Positions 22,336 through 32,590 are shown, numbered from the stretch's first letter. The stretch: 64,000 bases of DNA from Myxococcales bacterium (GCA_002721815.1 PBLQ01000046.1:2688-66687), one strand, 5' to 3'. The notes: generated by a model from the letters alone, not told the origin. Translations and numbers: made by a program.

Positions 22336-23427
22336 ATGTCGAAATCCAAGTTCGTTATCCGTTTGTTTTTATTTATTTTTGTGCTGATTTTGGCCCTGAT
22401 GGGACATCTGTTTTGGGTCTTTTTCCATGCCATTGTTTGGTCTTTGATCCTGGTCTCGCTCTTTTGGGGGGTCAACGAAACCTTGGTGCGTAAACTCAAT
22501 GGACGAAAAAACGCTGCAGCCTTATTAACCCTGGGGTTGATCTTGGTCCTCGTCTTTTGGCCCGGCACTTATTTCGGAGCCATCCTTTCTCAAGAAGCTT
22601 ACTTATTTTACCAGCGCACCACCGAAAATACCGATGTGGTGTCCACTGTCATGAGTTTTATTAAAGGCGACAACTTCTTTGCCTCCCGCATCCGGCAAAT
22701 GGCCAATCTCACCGGCTTTGAAATTACCTCTTCAAAACTGACCGAACTCTATACGGGTGTGGGGCAAAGCGTCGGCCTGTTTTTGTACGAGCGCCTGAGC
22801 ACTTTGTTTTCTAATTTAATGATGGTGATTTTCCAATTCAGTATGGTCTTGGTCATCGCCTTCGGTTTCTTTGTGAAGGGCAGTGAGCTCAAAAACTACC
22901 TGATGGATCTTTCTCCGCTGCCCCGCGAAGAGGAAGAGCGTCTCATCAACCGCTTTCAAGAAACCACCGTAGCGATTTTTATGAGCAACGGTCTGGGCTC
23001 ATTGCTCCAAGGTTTCTTTGGTGGGCTGGGCTTTTATCTCTTCGGTGTGGGACCGGGCATCCTGTGGGGCGCGGTCATCACGGTGTTGGCTTTACTGCCA
23101 GTGGCGGGGGCATCAGTGGTCTTTGTGCCCATCGCAGGGTACTGGCTCATTCATGGTAAGGTGGGGCTGGCCCTGGGCTATTTGGCTTACAATGTGGCCT
23201 ATGTGCTTATTTTGGAATACTGGCTCAAGCCCAAACTGATCGGCAATCGTGCATCGGTGGACACCACGCTTGTGTTTATCTGTGTGGTCGCGGGCATGAG
23301 CCTTTATGGCATCATGGGGCTTTTTTACGGGCCTCTGATCATCGCCATGTTCATCACGGTGGCCAACATCTATAAAGATTCCTACCGCGATCAACTCATG
23401 TCACCGGCCGAAAGTAAGGCTTCATGA
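22336..23427 (+). CDS. AI-2E family transporter
   Basis: Multi-TM protein, QGFFGGLGF, LKPKLIG, GLFYGP. Confidence 0.9.
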   Translation: MSKSKFVIRLFLFIFVLILALMGHLFWVFFHAIVWSLILVSLFWGVNETLVRKLNGRKNAAALLTLGLILVLVFWPGTYFGAILSQEAYLFYQRTTENTDVVSTVMSFIKGDNFFASRIRQMANLTGFEITSSKLTELYTGVGQSVGLFLYERLSTLFSNLMMVIFQFSMVLVIAFGFFVKGSELKNYLMDLSPLPREEEERLINRFQETTVAIFMSNGLGSLLQGFFGGLGFYLFGVGPGILWGAVITVLALLPVAGASVVFVPIAGYWLIHGKVGLALGYLAYNVAYVLILEYWLKPKLIGNRASVDTTLVFICVVAGMSLYGIMGLFYGPLIIAMFITVANIYKDSYRDQLMSPAESKAS

Positions 23428-24230
23428 ACCAAGCCTGTCTCGCCATTTACTTTTTGTTTTTCGCCTGCGCCTGTGCCTCATCCTCCTCCAAACCGGATGT
23501 GACCAGGCTTAATGATGACCAGGTCCAATGTGCAGAAGGTCACCAACTTCGGGGCGAGGGCCCGCCGGTCGATAACGAACAATGGTGTCGAGATGAAAAG
23601 GGTGTAAACCAAGGCCCTTGGGTGTTATGGCACGCCAACGGCAAAGTGGCCGCCCGAGGCAATTTTCGTGGCGGGCTTTTTCAGGGCGCACTGCAAATCT
23701 ACGACGCATCCGGCCAACTCAGCCAAGAATACAAAATGCTTAACGGCAAAATGCATGGCGCCTTCACGATCCATTGGCCCCACGGTCCCATGAGCTTGAT
23801 GGGCGAGTTTTTTCGAAACCAAAAGAAAGGGCCGTTCATTTATTACGACTTCGTGGGCAACGAACGAAAACGGGTGGGCTCCCCCAGCACCGATCCGGAA
23901 GAAAACAATGAACCCGATAAAGAGGGCGACATTGATTTGGTCCGCCTGAAGGCCAGCCTCCAAGCCGCCAACGTCTCCTTTGAGCAATGCTACGAAACCA
24001 TCCTTCGACAAGATCGCACCATTCGGGGTGAGGCGCAGCTGGTGTTTTGGATTGATACGCAGGGCTTTGTAGATAAAATTCGTTATGAAGACCGCAAAAT
24101 CGACAGTCTGCCGCTCCTATTTTGCATTGAGAACGCGCTGAGCCGAACCCGTTTTCCCAAAGCCCAAATCGCACCCGTCACCATTGCCATCCCCCTGAGG
24201 TTTAATCCCAGCGCCAATTTTGATTCTTAA
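23424..24230 (+). CDS. Lipoprotein with MORN-variant repeats and an AgmX/PglI (TonB-C-like) C-terminal domain
   Basis: Lipobox-like FACAC; GPW..WHANG..A.RGNF..G repeats; QCYE..L......GE....F.ID..G.V....CI.......FP. Confidence 0.75.
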   Translation: MNQACLAIYFLFFACACASSSSKPDVTRLNDDQVQCAEGHQLRGEGPPVDNEQWCRDEKGVNQGPWVLWHANGKVAARGNFRGGLFQGALQIYDASGQLSQEYKMLNGKMHGAFTIHWPHGPMSLMGEFFRNQKKGPFIYYDFVGNERKRVGSPSTDPEENNEPDKEGDIDLVRLKASLQAANVSFEQCYETILRQDRTIRGEAQLVFWIDTQGFVDKIRYEDRKIDSLPLLFCIENALSRTRFPKAQIAPVTIAIPLRFNPSANFDS

Positions 24231-24289
24231 AGGATTTGCCCACAAAGAAGGTTCGCGGTAACTTTTGCTCACCAACCGAAGAGGTCTTC

Positions 24290-25108
24290 ATGCCTACCAT
24301 TATCATTCATGAACTTCACAAACAGCCCCGTGCGCAGAGCTTCGCTCAAAACAAAATCGTCATTGGCCGTGAAGATGGATGTGACATTGTGCTCACCCAC
24401 ACCTCGGTTTCTCGGCAGCATGCGCAAATCTTTTTGGCCAGTGATCACAACTACTACGTACAAATGATCTCCCAGAAAAACCCGATTCTGGCCAATGGCA
24501 AAATCATTTCTGAACACACCAGCCTCAAAGAAGGGGACGAGCTGCAATTCGGGCCTTATCTGATCTACTTCTCCAAAGAAGACAAAGCGATGCCCAAATA
24601 CATGCAACAAAAAACGCATCTGTACGAGGCTGAATGCAGGGGTTGTGGCTGGCAAGGCACCTTAAGCGAACACACGCGAAACCCAATATGTCCGCGCTGT
24701 GGTCTCAGTGAGTTCAATAAAGTAGAGGATATGTTTTCCAACCCCATGGCCAACGAACGAACCAGCACCTTAGATGCTGCAGCGCTGGCCCGGCTTCACC
24801 AAAGCACCAAAGCCGCTAAAACAGCGCGCATCGAACGGGTGGTGGCGATCCCAGGGAAGCCCTCCAAAATCAACCTCACCGAATCCACGGTGGTGGTCAT
24901 CGGTGGCAGCGATAGTGATTTGCCTTTCAAGGGGCTTCGCATAGGCGGTACCGCAACGATCTCCTGGAGCGGCACCAACTTTATCGTCCAAAGCGAAGGC
25001 TTTATGCCCAAGCTCAAAATCAATGGGAATGTGCGGGAAAAAGCAACCCTCAAAAATGGGGATGTGCTTCAAATGGGTGGCACGGAGTTCAAATTCCTGA
25101 TTGGCTAG
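24290..25108 (+). CDS. FHA - zinc ribbon - degenerate FHA protein
   Basis: IGR..CDIVL...VSRQHA...LKEGDEL; CRGC..CPRC; second unit ending LKNGDVLQMG; GAGG RBS before ATG 24290. Confidence 0.85.
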   Translation: MPTIIIHELHKQPRAQSFAQNKIVIGREDGCDIVLTHTSVSRQHAQIFLASDHNYYVQMISQKNPILANGKIISEHTSLKEGDELQFGPYLIYFSKEDKAMPKYMQQKTHLYEAECRGCGWQGTLSEHTRNPICPRCGLSEFNKVEDMFSNPMANERTSTLDAAALARLHQSTKAAKTARIERVVAIPGKPSKINLTESTVVVIGGSDSDLPFKGLRIGGTATISWSGTNFIVQSEGFMPKLKINGNVREKATLKNGDVLQMGGTEFKFLIG

Positions 25109-25172
25109 GCGCCAGCGCCATAGGTCGTTGGGCCGAGTGCAATTGAGGTCAAAAGACCCTACAATCCCAAAC

Positions 25173-26297
25173 ATGAAAACAATCTCACCCCCCCCCTTTG
25201 TTATCCTTCCCATTCTTTGCCTCGTTTGGGGCTGCGGCGCTGATCAAGGCCTTGTTTTGGAGGCCCGTCAATCACAAAGCCAACAGGCCATCATCAACGG
25301 CGAACTGTGTGATGAAAGCAGCTTTTCCAGCGCGGTGGCCTTGATCACCGATGCAGAAATTCAAGTTCCATGGTTTGGGGATCAAACCATTCGCCAAGCC
25401 ACGTGTACCGGAACGCTGATCGCACCCGACGTGGTTTTAACCGCCGCTCACTGCCTAGACCCCACCCTCGCTACTTTTGGTTTTGGCGAAGTGCAGTCCT
25501 TGGCCTTTTACGTATCCCCACAAGCCGACCTCACCAGCATGGAAACCGAAAACGCGGTCATTCCAGAATCTGCTCAAATCGCATCCGATTGGGTGGCCCA
25601 CCCCGAGTTCGACATCGACGGCCTCCAGTCCGCAGGTGGTCCCATTAACCTCAAAGACGTGGCTTTGGTTTTCTTGGACGAGCCCATGGACATTGAACCC
25701 GCCATTGTCATCACCAAAGAAGAAGCCGAACAACTCACAGTCGAAAAAGAAGTCTCCATCGTGGGCTGGGGCATGCAAACAGCTGAAGGGGGCAGTCCAT
25801 GGGAAGCGCCGCCAGCGGGCACCACCGGTAAAAAAGTTTGTGCCGAATCGTTTATTAACGAGGTGGGAAGTCACGAATTTCAGGTGGGTGCCGATGCCTC
25901 TACCTCCCGTAAATGTCATGGCGATTCTGGGGGCCCATCCTATATGACGGTCACCACAGACAGCCCAAAGAAACGTCGCGTGGTGGGCATTACTTCCCAC
26001 GCTTACGATGAAAGCGACTGTGAAAAAGGTGGGATTGATACACGCGTAGACGTGTGGCTTGACTGGATTGAAGCTGAAATGATCGCCGCATGCGATTCTG
26101 GGGCCCGCACCCAGTGCGACACACCGGGCATCCTTCCTCCCCCTCCCCCCGAAAAGGACATCAACCTCGACGCACAAAGTGACCAAGCTCCCGAAGAACT
26201 TGGGTGCGGCTGCTCTCAAAGCCAACGATCATCTCGTGAAGGACTGGCTGCATGGGCATTGATCTTATTCGGGTTGTGGCGCGTGAGACGCTCTTAG
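25173..26297 (+). CDS. Trypsin-like (S1) serine protease with MYXO-CTERM-like tail
   Basis: IING mature N-terminus, CTGTLI, TAAHC, DVAL, GDSGGP; C-terminus GCGC..+hydrophobic helix+RVRRS. Confidence 0.92.
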   Translation: MKTISPPPFVILPILCLVWGCGADQGLVLEARQSQSQQAIINGELCDESSFSSAVALITDAEIQVPWFGDQTIRQATCTGTLIAPDVVLTAAHCLDPTLATFGFGEVQSLAFYVSPQADLTSMETENAVIPESAQIASDWVAHPEFDIDGLQSAGGPINLKDVALVFLDEPMDIEPAIVITKEEAEQLTVEKEVSIVGWGMQTAEGGSPWEAPPAGTTGKKVCAESFINEVGSHEFQVGADASTSRKCHGDSGGPSYMTVTTDSPKKRRVVGITSHAYDESDCEKGGIDTRVDVWLDWIEAEMIAACDSGARTQCDTPGILPPPPPEKDINLDAQSDQAPEELGCGCSQSQRSSREGLAAWALILFGLWRVRRS

Positions 26298-26405
26298 ATC
26301 GGGCGGTATCATTGAGCAGGAACGCTTAACCTCCGTCCTGCCTCGAACGGGCCAAGCTGGGTGCATGAAGCCTTCGCTGGCTCTTTAGCAAATATGACAG
26401 TGCTT

Positions 26406-26449
26406 AAAAACAAAAACAGCCCTCGATCCATAGCGAAACGGGGCTGTTT
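26406..26449 (-). terminator. Probable intrinsic terminator for the 26480-28126 gene, possibly bidirectional
   Basis: AAACAGCCC / GGGCTGTTT inverted repeat; T-rich tail on the minus strand. Confidence 0.6.
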
Positions 26450-26479
26450 GAAGCGCAATAGGTGGTTCTATCGTAAGCT

Positions 26480-28126
26480 CTACTGGTTCGGTGCGCACCT
26501 GGAACCATGAGCGCAAGGCGGCTCATCGCAGCCGATATCATCATCGGGAATCTCTTCACAGAAACTGTCATCGCCTGGGCAATCAGAATCCTCGGCACAG
26601 AAGATCGAACAAGTATAGTTATCTTCGAAATCCTCGTCTTCTCCCAGAGTGCTGGCGATGCCCCAACCAGAGCAAATGGCGCCCTCGGCACACTGTACCC
26701 AGTTACCGCCACCACCAGGACCACCGCCACCGCCCTCACGACGACCGCATTGCTTGTTTTCTAAGAATTCAGTGTGCGCCGCACAACTGATTTCACCGTA
26801 GGGCTCAACCTCTTCGTCATCATCGGGAACATCTCCACCATTGGTGTAAGGGACACACTGAGCACCAATCAGATCGTCCACACTCTCTTTTTGGCGACAC
26901 GCGTATCCGTTGGGGCAATCATCGTTGGTGAGGCTACAGGCCTTGGCACAGAACTGCTCACCGCCCCACCAGCCACCGCCGAAGCTCAGACACAGATTGT
27001 CCTCACCGCAATCACGACTGTCTCTGCATTCCTCGCACAGGCCCAAGGGCTCATCGATTTCGCAGTAATAATCCACACAAGAATAGCCATTTTGACAGTC
27101 GCCATTCTCCACACAGTCCACACAAAGGTTGTCATCGTTACAGATTTGATCGCCCCAGCAACCGCCATTCCAACATCCGGCGCGACAAACCCCGGGTGTC
27201 ACTGACGTGTCGCAAGTGGGGGTCCACCCGCCACAATCATCATCGTTCCGGCAACCGGCCACACACTCGGTCTCAATGCACAGCTTACCTTCACCGCATT
27301 CTTCATCGGAGTCGCATGAAAAACGACAGACATCGTCTTCGCAGGTCTCGTTTTCAGGGCAGCGGCTGTCGTCATCATTGCAACCAGGTGTGCATTGGTT
27401 CTCATAGCAGAAGGTAGAGAGGGGGCAGTCGGAGTCTTCGATGCAACCTTCAATGCAGGTTCCGTCTAAGCACAGTAAATCGCTGGGGCAATCACGATCA
27501 GTCCGGCAGCCTTCCACACAATCATTGTTCTCGCAAATGTTGCCTAATTCGCACTGCTCGTCTTCCAGGCAGTCGACACAAGTGTCTGTGGCGGCATCGC
27601 AGTACTGTCCATTTTCACAGGCGTTGGGGTTGTCTGCACAGCTAAAACGACAATCGTTATTCACACACAGCTCGTCGTCTTCGCAGTGGTCTGCATTCAC
27701 GCAGATAACACACGCACCGGTGGGGCCCAAATCGGGATCGCAGTGAAGCCCATCGTCACAATCATCATCGGAGTCGCACCCCTCTTCGGTTTGGCAAATG
27801 CCTCCAATACATCGTTCGCCGGGCTCACAATCTTCGTTTCGCTGACATTCGGGCTCTGGGTCACCATCGGTGTTACCATCGGCGTTACCGTCGGCGTTAC
27901 CGTCGGCGTTACCATCGGCATTACCGTCGGAGTTGCCATCGGACGACCCATCCATGCTTCCCCCATCAGCATCCATGGCCATGCCACCATCCATATCATT
28001 AGACTGACTGCTTCGACCGCCGCGATCTTCGCCTTCAATGGACGAACGAGGCTTCAGTAAAGCACCACAAGCGCAAAGCGCCGTAATCATAAATAAAAGA
28101 CATGCATTGGAAAAAAGACGACCCAT
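26480..28126 (-). CDS. Cys-rich lipoprotein with DGNA linker and many C..D.DC.....C....C repeats
   Basis: Lipobox LCAC; more than 10 Dickkopf-like four-Cys units; acidic and Gly-rich. Confidence 0.85.
   Translation of the reverse strand: MGRLFSNACLLFMITALCACGALLKPRSSIEGEDRGGRSSQSNDMDGGMAMDADGGSMDGSSDGNSDGNADGNADGNADGNADGNTDGDPEPECQRNEDCEPGERCIGGICQTEEGCDSDDDCDDGLHCDPDLGPTGACVICVNADHCEDDELCVNNDCRFSCADNPNACENGQYCDAATDTCVDCLEDEQCELGNICENNDCVEGCRTDRDCPSDLLCLDGTCIEGCIEDSDCPLSTFCYENQCTPGCNDDDSRCPENETCEDDVCRFSCDSDEECGEGKLCIETECVAGCRNDDDCGGWTPTCDTSVTPGVCRAGCWNGGCWGDQICNDDNLCVDCVENGDCQNGYSCVDYYCEIDEPLGLCEECRDSRDCGEDNLCLSFGGGWWGGEQFCAKACSLTNDDCPNGYACRQKESVDDLIGAQCVPYTNGGDVPDDDEEVEPYGEISCAAHTEFLENKQCGRREGGGGGPGGGGNWVQCAEGAICSGWGIASTLGEDEDFEDNYTCSIFCAEDSDCPGDDSFCEEIPDDDIGCDEPPCAHGSRCAPNQ
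27863..27942. repeat. 12-bp in-frame tandem repeat (DGNA), about 6-7 copies
   Basis: ACCRTCGGCGTT units. Confidence 0.85.
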
Positions 28127-28222
28127 GAAAAGCTCCCTGGCTGTTGAAAGAAAACCTGGCGGATGTATAACACATCTGCGGAACCAAAACCCTGGTTTTT
28201 CGTTCTAAGGAAAAGGCGCGCA

Positions 28223-29461
28223 ATGGGCTATGGGGCAACAGACCGATCGGTGTTAATCGTTGGAGGCGGCATGGCCGGTTCCGCCACCGCGCTCAATTTG
28301 GCCAAACGCGGTATCAAATCGCAAGTGCTTGATAAATATGACTTCCCCAGAGACAAAATCTGTGGTGAGGGGTTGCTTCCGCAAGGGGTTGAGCGTTTGC
28401 AGAATCTCTTGGGGCATGCCGCGCTGTCCCAAATTGAGTCGCATCCTTTTGAGGGGATCCATTACCGTTTTGGCCCACATGAAGCCCAAGGCCTCTTTCA
28501 CCAAGAATCGGGACTGGGGCTGCGCCGCAATGCCATCGATCATTTACTCTACCAAGAGACCGTCAACAGCCCCCATATTGAGAGGCAGCGCGCCCAAATC
28601 CAAAAAATAGAACGTCGAGATGGCACCTTCGTGGCCACCGCAAAATGCGGTACCACTTTTACCGCCCCCATATTGGTTGCCGCGGATGGTCTCAACAGCA
28701 GCTGCCGGCGGATCCTTCGCCTGGATCAACCTTTACCCAAACGAAAACGCTACGCATTGAGGCGCCACTATCAACTCGCCCACAGCCGCCAAATGCCTTC
28801 TGCCGTTGAGGTCTCCGCTTGTGACGGTTTTGAGTCTTACGTGACACCCGTAGGGCCACAAACCATCGGAGTTGCATTTCTACTGGAAGAACGCTGTATG
28901 AAAAATGGGCCGAAAGACCTCGACGAACGATGGCGTTCCATTCTCTCCCAGTCCCACCCCAGCCTTCAGCAGAAGCTTCAAAATGCGCAAGCTTTAGAAT
29001 CCGCACAGGCCTGCGGGCCACTTCACCGACGGGCAAAAAAAGTTTACGAAGACGGGGCCTTTCTCGTGGGGGATGCCGCCGGTTTTGTGGACGCAATTAC
29101 CGGCGAGGGCATGAGTTTGGCCCTGCACGGCGCAGAATTGATTGCTGACTCTGTCCATCACCACTACGCACTGGGGCACCCCTTAAATAAAAGCGGACAA
29201 GTTTACGCTCGTGCGTGGAAAAAGCATTTTCAGAATTATGCGGCCCTCACCCACGGGCTGCTCTGGTTAATCCAGGACAAGAAGAAATTAGCCAATGCAC
29301 TTGTGCGCTTGCAACGAAAACCCTCTTTGTTCACAAGCCTGCTGGATATGAACCAGGGACGCGGGGCCCTGCTGTCCCTTAACACACTAAAATTTATAGA
29401 GCTTTTGATTCCAACACGGACGTCCTTGCCAAAAACCACCACATCCCTAACGTCTCCCTAA
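28223..29461 (+). CDS. FAD-dependent oxidoreductase/monooxygenase (geranylgeranyl reductase-like)
   Basis: IVGGGMAG, FPRDKICGEG, AADG..S, LVGDAAG.VDAITGEG. Confidence 0.9.
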   Translation: MGYGATDRSVLIVGGGMAGSATALNLAKRGIKSQVLDKYDFPRDKICGEGLLPQGVERLQNLLGHAALSQIESHPFEGIHYRFGPHEAQGLFHQESGLGLRRNAIDHLLYQETVNSPHIERQRAQIQKIERRDGTFVATAKCGTTFTAPILVAADGLNSSCRRILRLDQPLPKRKRYALRRHYQLAHSRQMPSAVEVSACDGFESYVTPVGPQTIGVAFLLEERCMKNGPKDLDERWRSILSQSHPSLQQKLQNAQALESAQACGPLHRRAKKVYEDGAFLVGDAAGFVDAITGEGMSLALHGAELIADSVHHHYALGHPLNKSGQVYARAWKKHFQNYAALTHGLLWLIQDKKKLANALVRLQRKPSLFTSLLDMNQGRGALLSLNTLKFIELLIPTRTSLPKTTTSLTSP

Positions 29462-29484
29462 ATCTTTATGCATAGGAATGTGTC

Positions 29485-30546
29485 ATGGCAATTGCGTGTC
29501 TCCCCGCCCTGGAAGTCCCCGAATACCGTTTTGATGAAGACTCATTAGAACAAACGGCAAAGCTCTTTTTAGGGGAAACCTTTCCCCGGCTCCAAACCAT
29601 TTTGCGCATGATTAAGAATGCTGGCGTCAAGCAGCGTTTCTTGGTCCAACCCATCGAAGAAACCCTGAAGCCTGATGGGATTAAGCATCGCAATGATCTC
29701 TTCATTAAAACGGTGAAACGACTCGGTGAAAAAGCGGCCCAGCAAGCACTGGACAATGCCAACTTGAGACCCGAAGACATCGACTACATCATCACCACGT
29801 CATGCACCGGTTTCATGATTCCTTCTTTGGATGCATATCTGATTCCTAAAATGGGTTTTAGGCGCGACACGAAACGATTGCCCATTACCGAACTGGGATG
29901 CGCCGCCGGCGCGGTGGCGTTATCGCGCGCTCGGGAATTCTGCGAGGTTCATCCAGGCAAACACGTGCTCATCGTCGCCGCCGAGCTCTGCTCTCTGACC
30001 TTTCAACCCCAAGATCTTTCCATGCAAGCCCTGGTGAGTGGCCTTATTTTTGGCGATGGCGTGGCGGCCTGTGTGGTGCGAGGTGACGAAGAAGAAAGCG
30101 GCATGCGATTGGAAAAAAACGCGTCCCACCTCTTCGATGACTCCTGGAATTACATGGGGTTTGACCTGAAAGACACCGGTTTTCATATCATCCTCGATCG
30201 CGGGATCCCCGGAGCAGTGGACAAGCAGATCGCCCCCGTGCTGAAAAATTTCGTCAACCAATGCAACATGGACACCAATGACTTGGGCTTCTATTGTATC
30301 CACCCCGGCGGACGTCGCGTCATCGATGAAATTAAAAACACCTTCGAACTAGAAGAAGACGATGTGGCCGCAAGCCGCGCCTGTCTGTCCGAAGTAGGCA
30401 ATCTGAGCAGCGCCAGTGTTTTGGTGGTGCTTAAAAACCTCTTCGAACGCTTTCGCCCCGAAGCCAACAGCCGCGGCTTGTTGGCCGCTTTTGGACCAGG
30501 CTTTTCCGCCGAAATGAGCGTCGGAACCTGGCACGAAAAATCATGA
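29485..30546 (+). CDS. Type III polyketide synthase
   Basis: Cys-His-Asn triad: ELGCAAG, HPGG, GNLSS; IFGDG; AFGPGF. Confidence 0.96.
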   Translation: MAIACLPALEVPEYRFDEDSLEQTAKLFLGETFPRLQTILRMIKNAGVKQRFLVQPIEETLKPDGIKHRNDLFIKTVKRLGEKAAQQALDNANLRPEDIDYIITTSCTGFMIPSLDAYLIPKMGFRRDTKRLPITELGCAAGAVALSRAREFCEVHPGKHVLIVAAELCSLTFQPQDLSMQALVSGLIFGDGVAACVVRGDEEESGMRLEKNASHLFDDSWNYMGFDLKDTGFHIILDRGIPGAVDKQIAPVLKNFVNQCNMDTNDLGFYCIHPGGRRVIDEIKNTFELEEDDVAASRACLSEVGNLSSASVLVVLKNLFERFRPEANSRGLLAAFGPGFSAEMSVGTWHEKS

Positions 30547-31124
30547 TGATGCTTGGGGAATCACCTTGGTTTTTGATTCTCATGGCCTTAGTGGCCTTGG
30601 CGCGCGTGGCAGAACTTATTTACGCAAAAGCCCTGGGCAAGAAAGCGGCATCTCGAGGTGAAAAGCCTCAAAGAGAACGTAACTTCATCGCCATGGTGGC
30701 GCTGCACACCTCCTTCTTTGTGGGAATTGCCGCAGAAAAAATACTCCTGGCGGCGGCCCCGCCCCAATGGCTGTTGGTTTTGTGTGTCCTCGTCTTGGTC
30801 TTCGCTTTTGGTCTTCGCTTTTGGACCCTCAAAACGCTGTCGGGCTCGTGGCATGTCCGTATTGTTAAGCCCGCGACCATTGTAACGCACGGCCCTTACG
30901 CATTTATACGTCACCCCAACTATTTGGTGGTCATTTTAGAAATCGTGGCGCTGCCCATGCTGGGCGGCTGTTACATTAGCGCTCTTATGTTCACGTTATG
31001 GAATGCCGCGGTATTGGCCGCTCGAATCCCCCAGGAAGAAGCCATGCTCTTCCAGGTGAACGGGTACCGACAAGCCTTCAAAGACAAGGGTCGCTTTTTT
31101 CCGAAACTGTTACGGAAAAGTTGA
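30543..31124 (+). CDS. Isoprenylcysteine carboxyl methyltransferase (ICMT) family protein
   Basis: LRFW...TL...W..RI, GPY.FIRHPNY, RI..EE; ATGA overlap with the PKS. Confidence 0.93.
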   Translation: MMMLGESPWFLILMALVALARVAELIYAKALGKKAASRGEKPQRERNFIAMVALHTSFFVGIAAEKILLAAAPPQWLLVLCVLVLVFAFGLRFWTLKTLSGSWHVRIVKPATIVTHGPYAFIRHPNYLVVILEIVALPMLGGCYISALMFTLWNAAVLAARIPQEEAMLFQVNGYRQAFKDKGRFFPKLLRKS

Positions 31125-31493
31125 ACCTGGTGCGGGCGCAGCCCCCGGCATGCCCAATCCCGATCCAGGGTTCATGTTGGTCCCTGGCGAAGGCGGCTGA
31201 GGCCTTGCTTGGCTCAAGGTTCTTGGGCGCTTAAAGCAAACATATTCCTGCGGCGCACCTTCGTGATGTGAAAACAGCCATCCTTGCTTGGCGTGTTTAT
31301 TGAGATGAGAACTGAGCACTGGTTCCGGTCGCCAACCTTGATAGTCGTTTTTGAAACAGGCATATTCCCATTGGGTGAGGCGTTGCTGCACCATGCGCTT
31401 TTGAGCATGCGCTTGTGGCAAAATGCTTTGCGACAAAAATGCACCAGCAACAAAGGTTAAGCCTAAAGATAAGCCGATCCAAAACCCCTTCAT
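31110..31493 (-). CDS. Small exported protein, DUF4177-like
   Basis: Signal/TM segment then QWEYAC...LNKHAKQGW....CFKRP. Confidence 0.7.
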   Translation of the reverse strand: MKGFWIGLSLGLTFVAGAFLSQSILPQAHAQKRMVQQRLTQWEYACFKNDYQGWRPEPVLSSHLNKHAKQGWLFSHHEGAPQEYVCFKRPRTLSQARPQPPSPGTNMNPGSGLGMPGAAPAPGSTFP

Positions 31494-31615
31494 ACAATCC
31501 TCCTGCCCTAAGGCGCTCTAATGCGCCCTTACGGTATGTTTATATCCTACCCCTGTCCATTTTTCGGCCACCCGGACCCTATGAACTTGCAGGTTAAACG
31601 ACAGCTGTGGTGGAT

Positions 31616-32590
31616 TTATTTCACGACTGCATCGCGACGGCTGATCCAGGATTTTTCTCTTAAGTTGTTGATATAACTTCGGAAAAGTCTTTCCATTTCG
31701 CGGTTCGTGAGCTCTTGCCGCAAGACGGGGGCCACTTTCTCGTAAGACTCTTTTTCCATGGGCAGCTTATCGGCCACCCAAATCAAATGCATGCCAAACG
31801 GTGTGCGCACCGGACCCGTCACCGTTTTGACCTCTGCCGCATACGCAGCCTTCTCAAAGGCGGGTACCATTTGTCCAGGCCCAAAAAAGCCCAAATCGCC
31901 CCCCTGAGGTGCAGAGGGCCCTTCGCTGTATTGTTTGGCCATGGCATCAAAAGCGGCGCCAGCAGCCAGCTCGGCCAACACTTTTTGCACTTTATCATTG
32001 GCTCGATTTTCTTCTTCGGCAGAAGCCCCCGGTTCGAGTTTGAAAAGAATGTGACTGGCTCTCAGCTTATAGACGCCTTCAGTCATGCGCGTTCGCTCAC
32101 GATACAGCGCCCGCACGTCTTCGTCTGGAATTTGAACTTCATTTTTCACCTTGCTTTGCACCAATCGCATTTTGATCAGCTGATCTTTAATCTGCTGCCG
32201 ATATTGCTTCATGGTAATACCTTGCATTTCCAAGGCCTGTTGAAACTGTGCAGGATTCATTTGGTTTTGGGCCCCCATACGCTTCACCACGCCGTCGACT
32301 TCTGCCTCGGAGACATCGATCTTGAGCCGCTTCACCTCTTGCGCCACCAAACGATCGTCGATCAATGATGACAAAGCCAAGGCCTCTTTTTCCTCGAGGG
32401 ACATTTGCGAAGCATTCGGTGACTGCTCCATGCGCGCCACGCGCTTTTTCACATCGGAGAGCAACACCACCTCATTGCCAACATGGGCCACAATGCCTTC
32501 AATAATCTCACCAGCACTGGCGGTAGGAACGGGCGCCCACAAAGCAACTGCTGCGACAACTGCAAAACACCTTGAGGGGTTAATGAACAT
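31616..32590 (-). CDS. surA: SurA-like chaperone/peptidyl-prolyl isomerase
   Basis: IVAHVGNEVVLLSD SurA N-domain; ASHILF, A..YSEGPSA..GGDLGFF, MVPAFE, RTPFGMHLI. Confidence 0.8.
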   Translation of the reverse strand: MFINPSRCFAVVAAVALWAPVPTASAGEIIEGIVAHVGNEVVLLSDVKKRVARMEQSPNASQMSLEEKEALALSSLIDDRLVAQEVKRLKIDVSEAEVDGVVKRMGAQNQMNPAQFQQALEMQGITMKQYRQQIKDQLIKMRLVQSKVKNEVQIPDEDVRALYRERTRMTEGVYKLRASHILFKLEPGASAEEENRANDKVQKVLAELAAGAAFDAMAKQYSEGPSAPQGGDLGFFGPGQMVPAFEKAAYAAEVKTVTGPVRTPFGMHLIWVADKLPMEKESYEKVAPVLRQELTNREMERLFRSYINNLREKSWISRRDAVVK

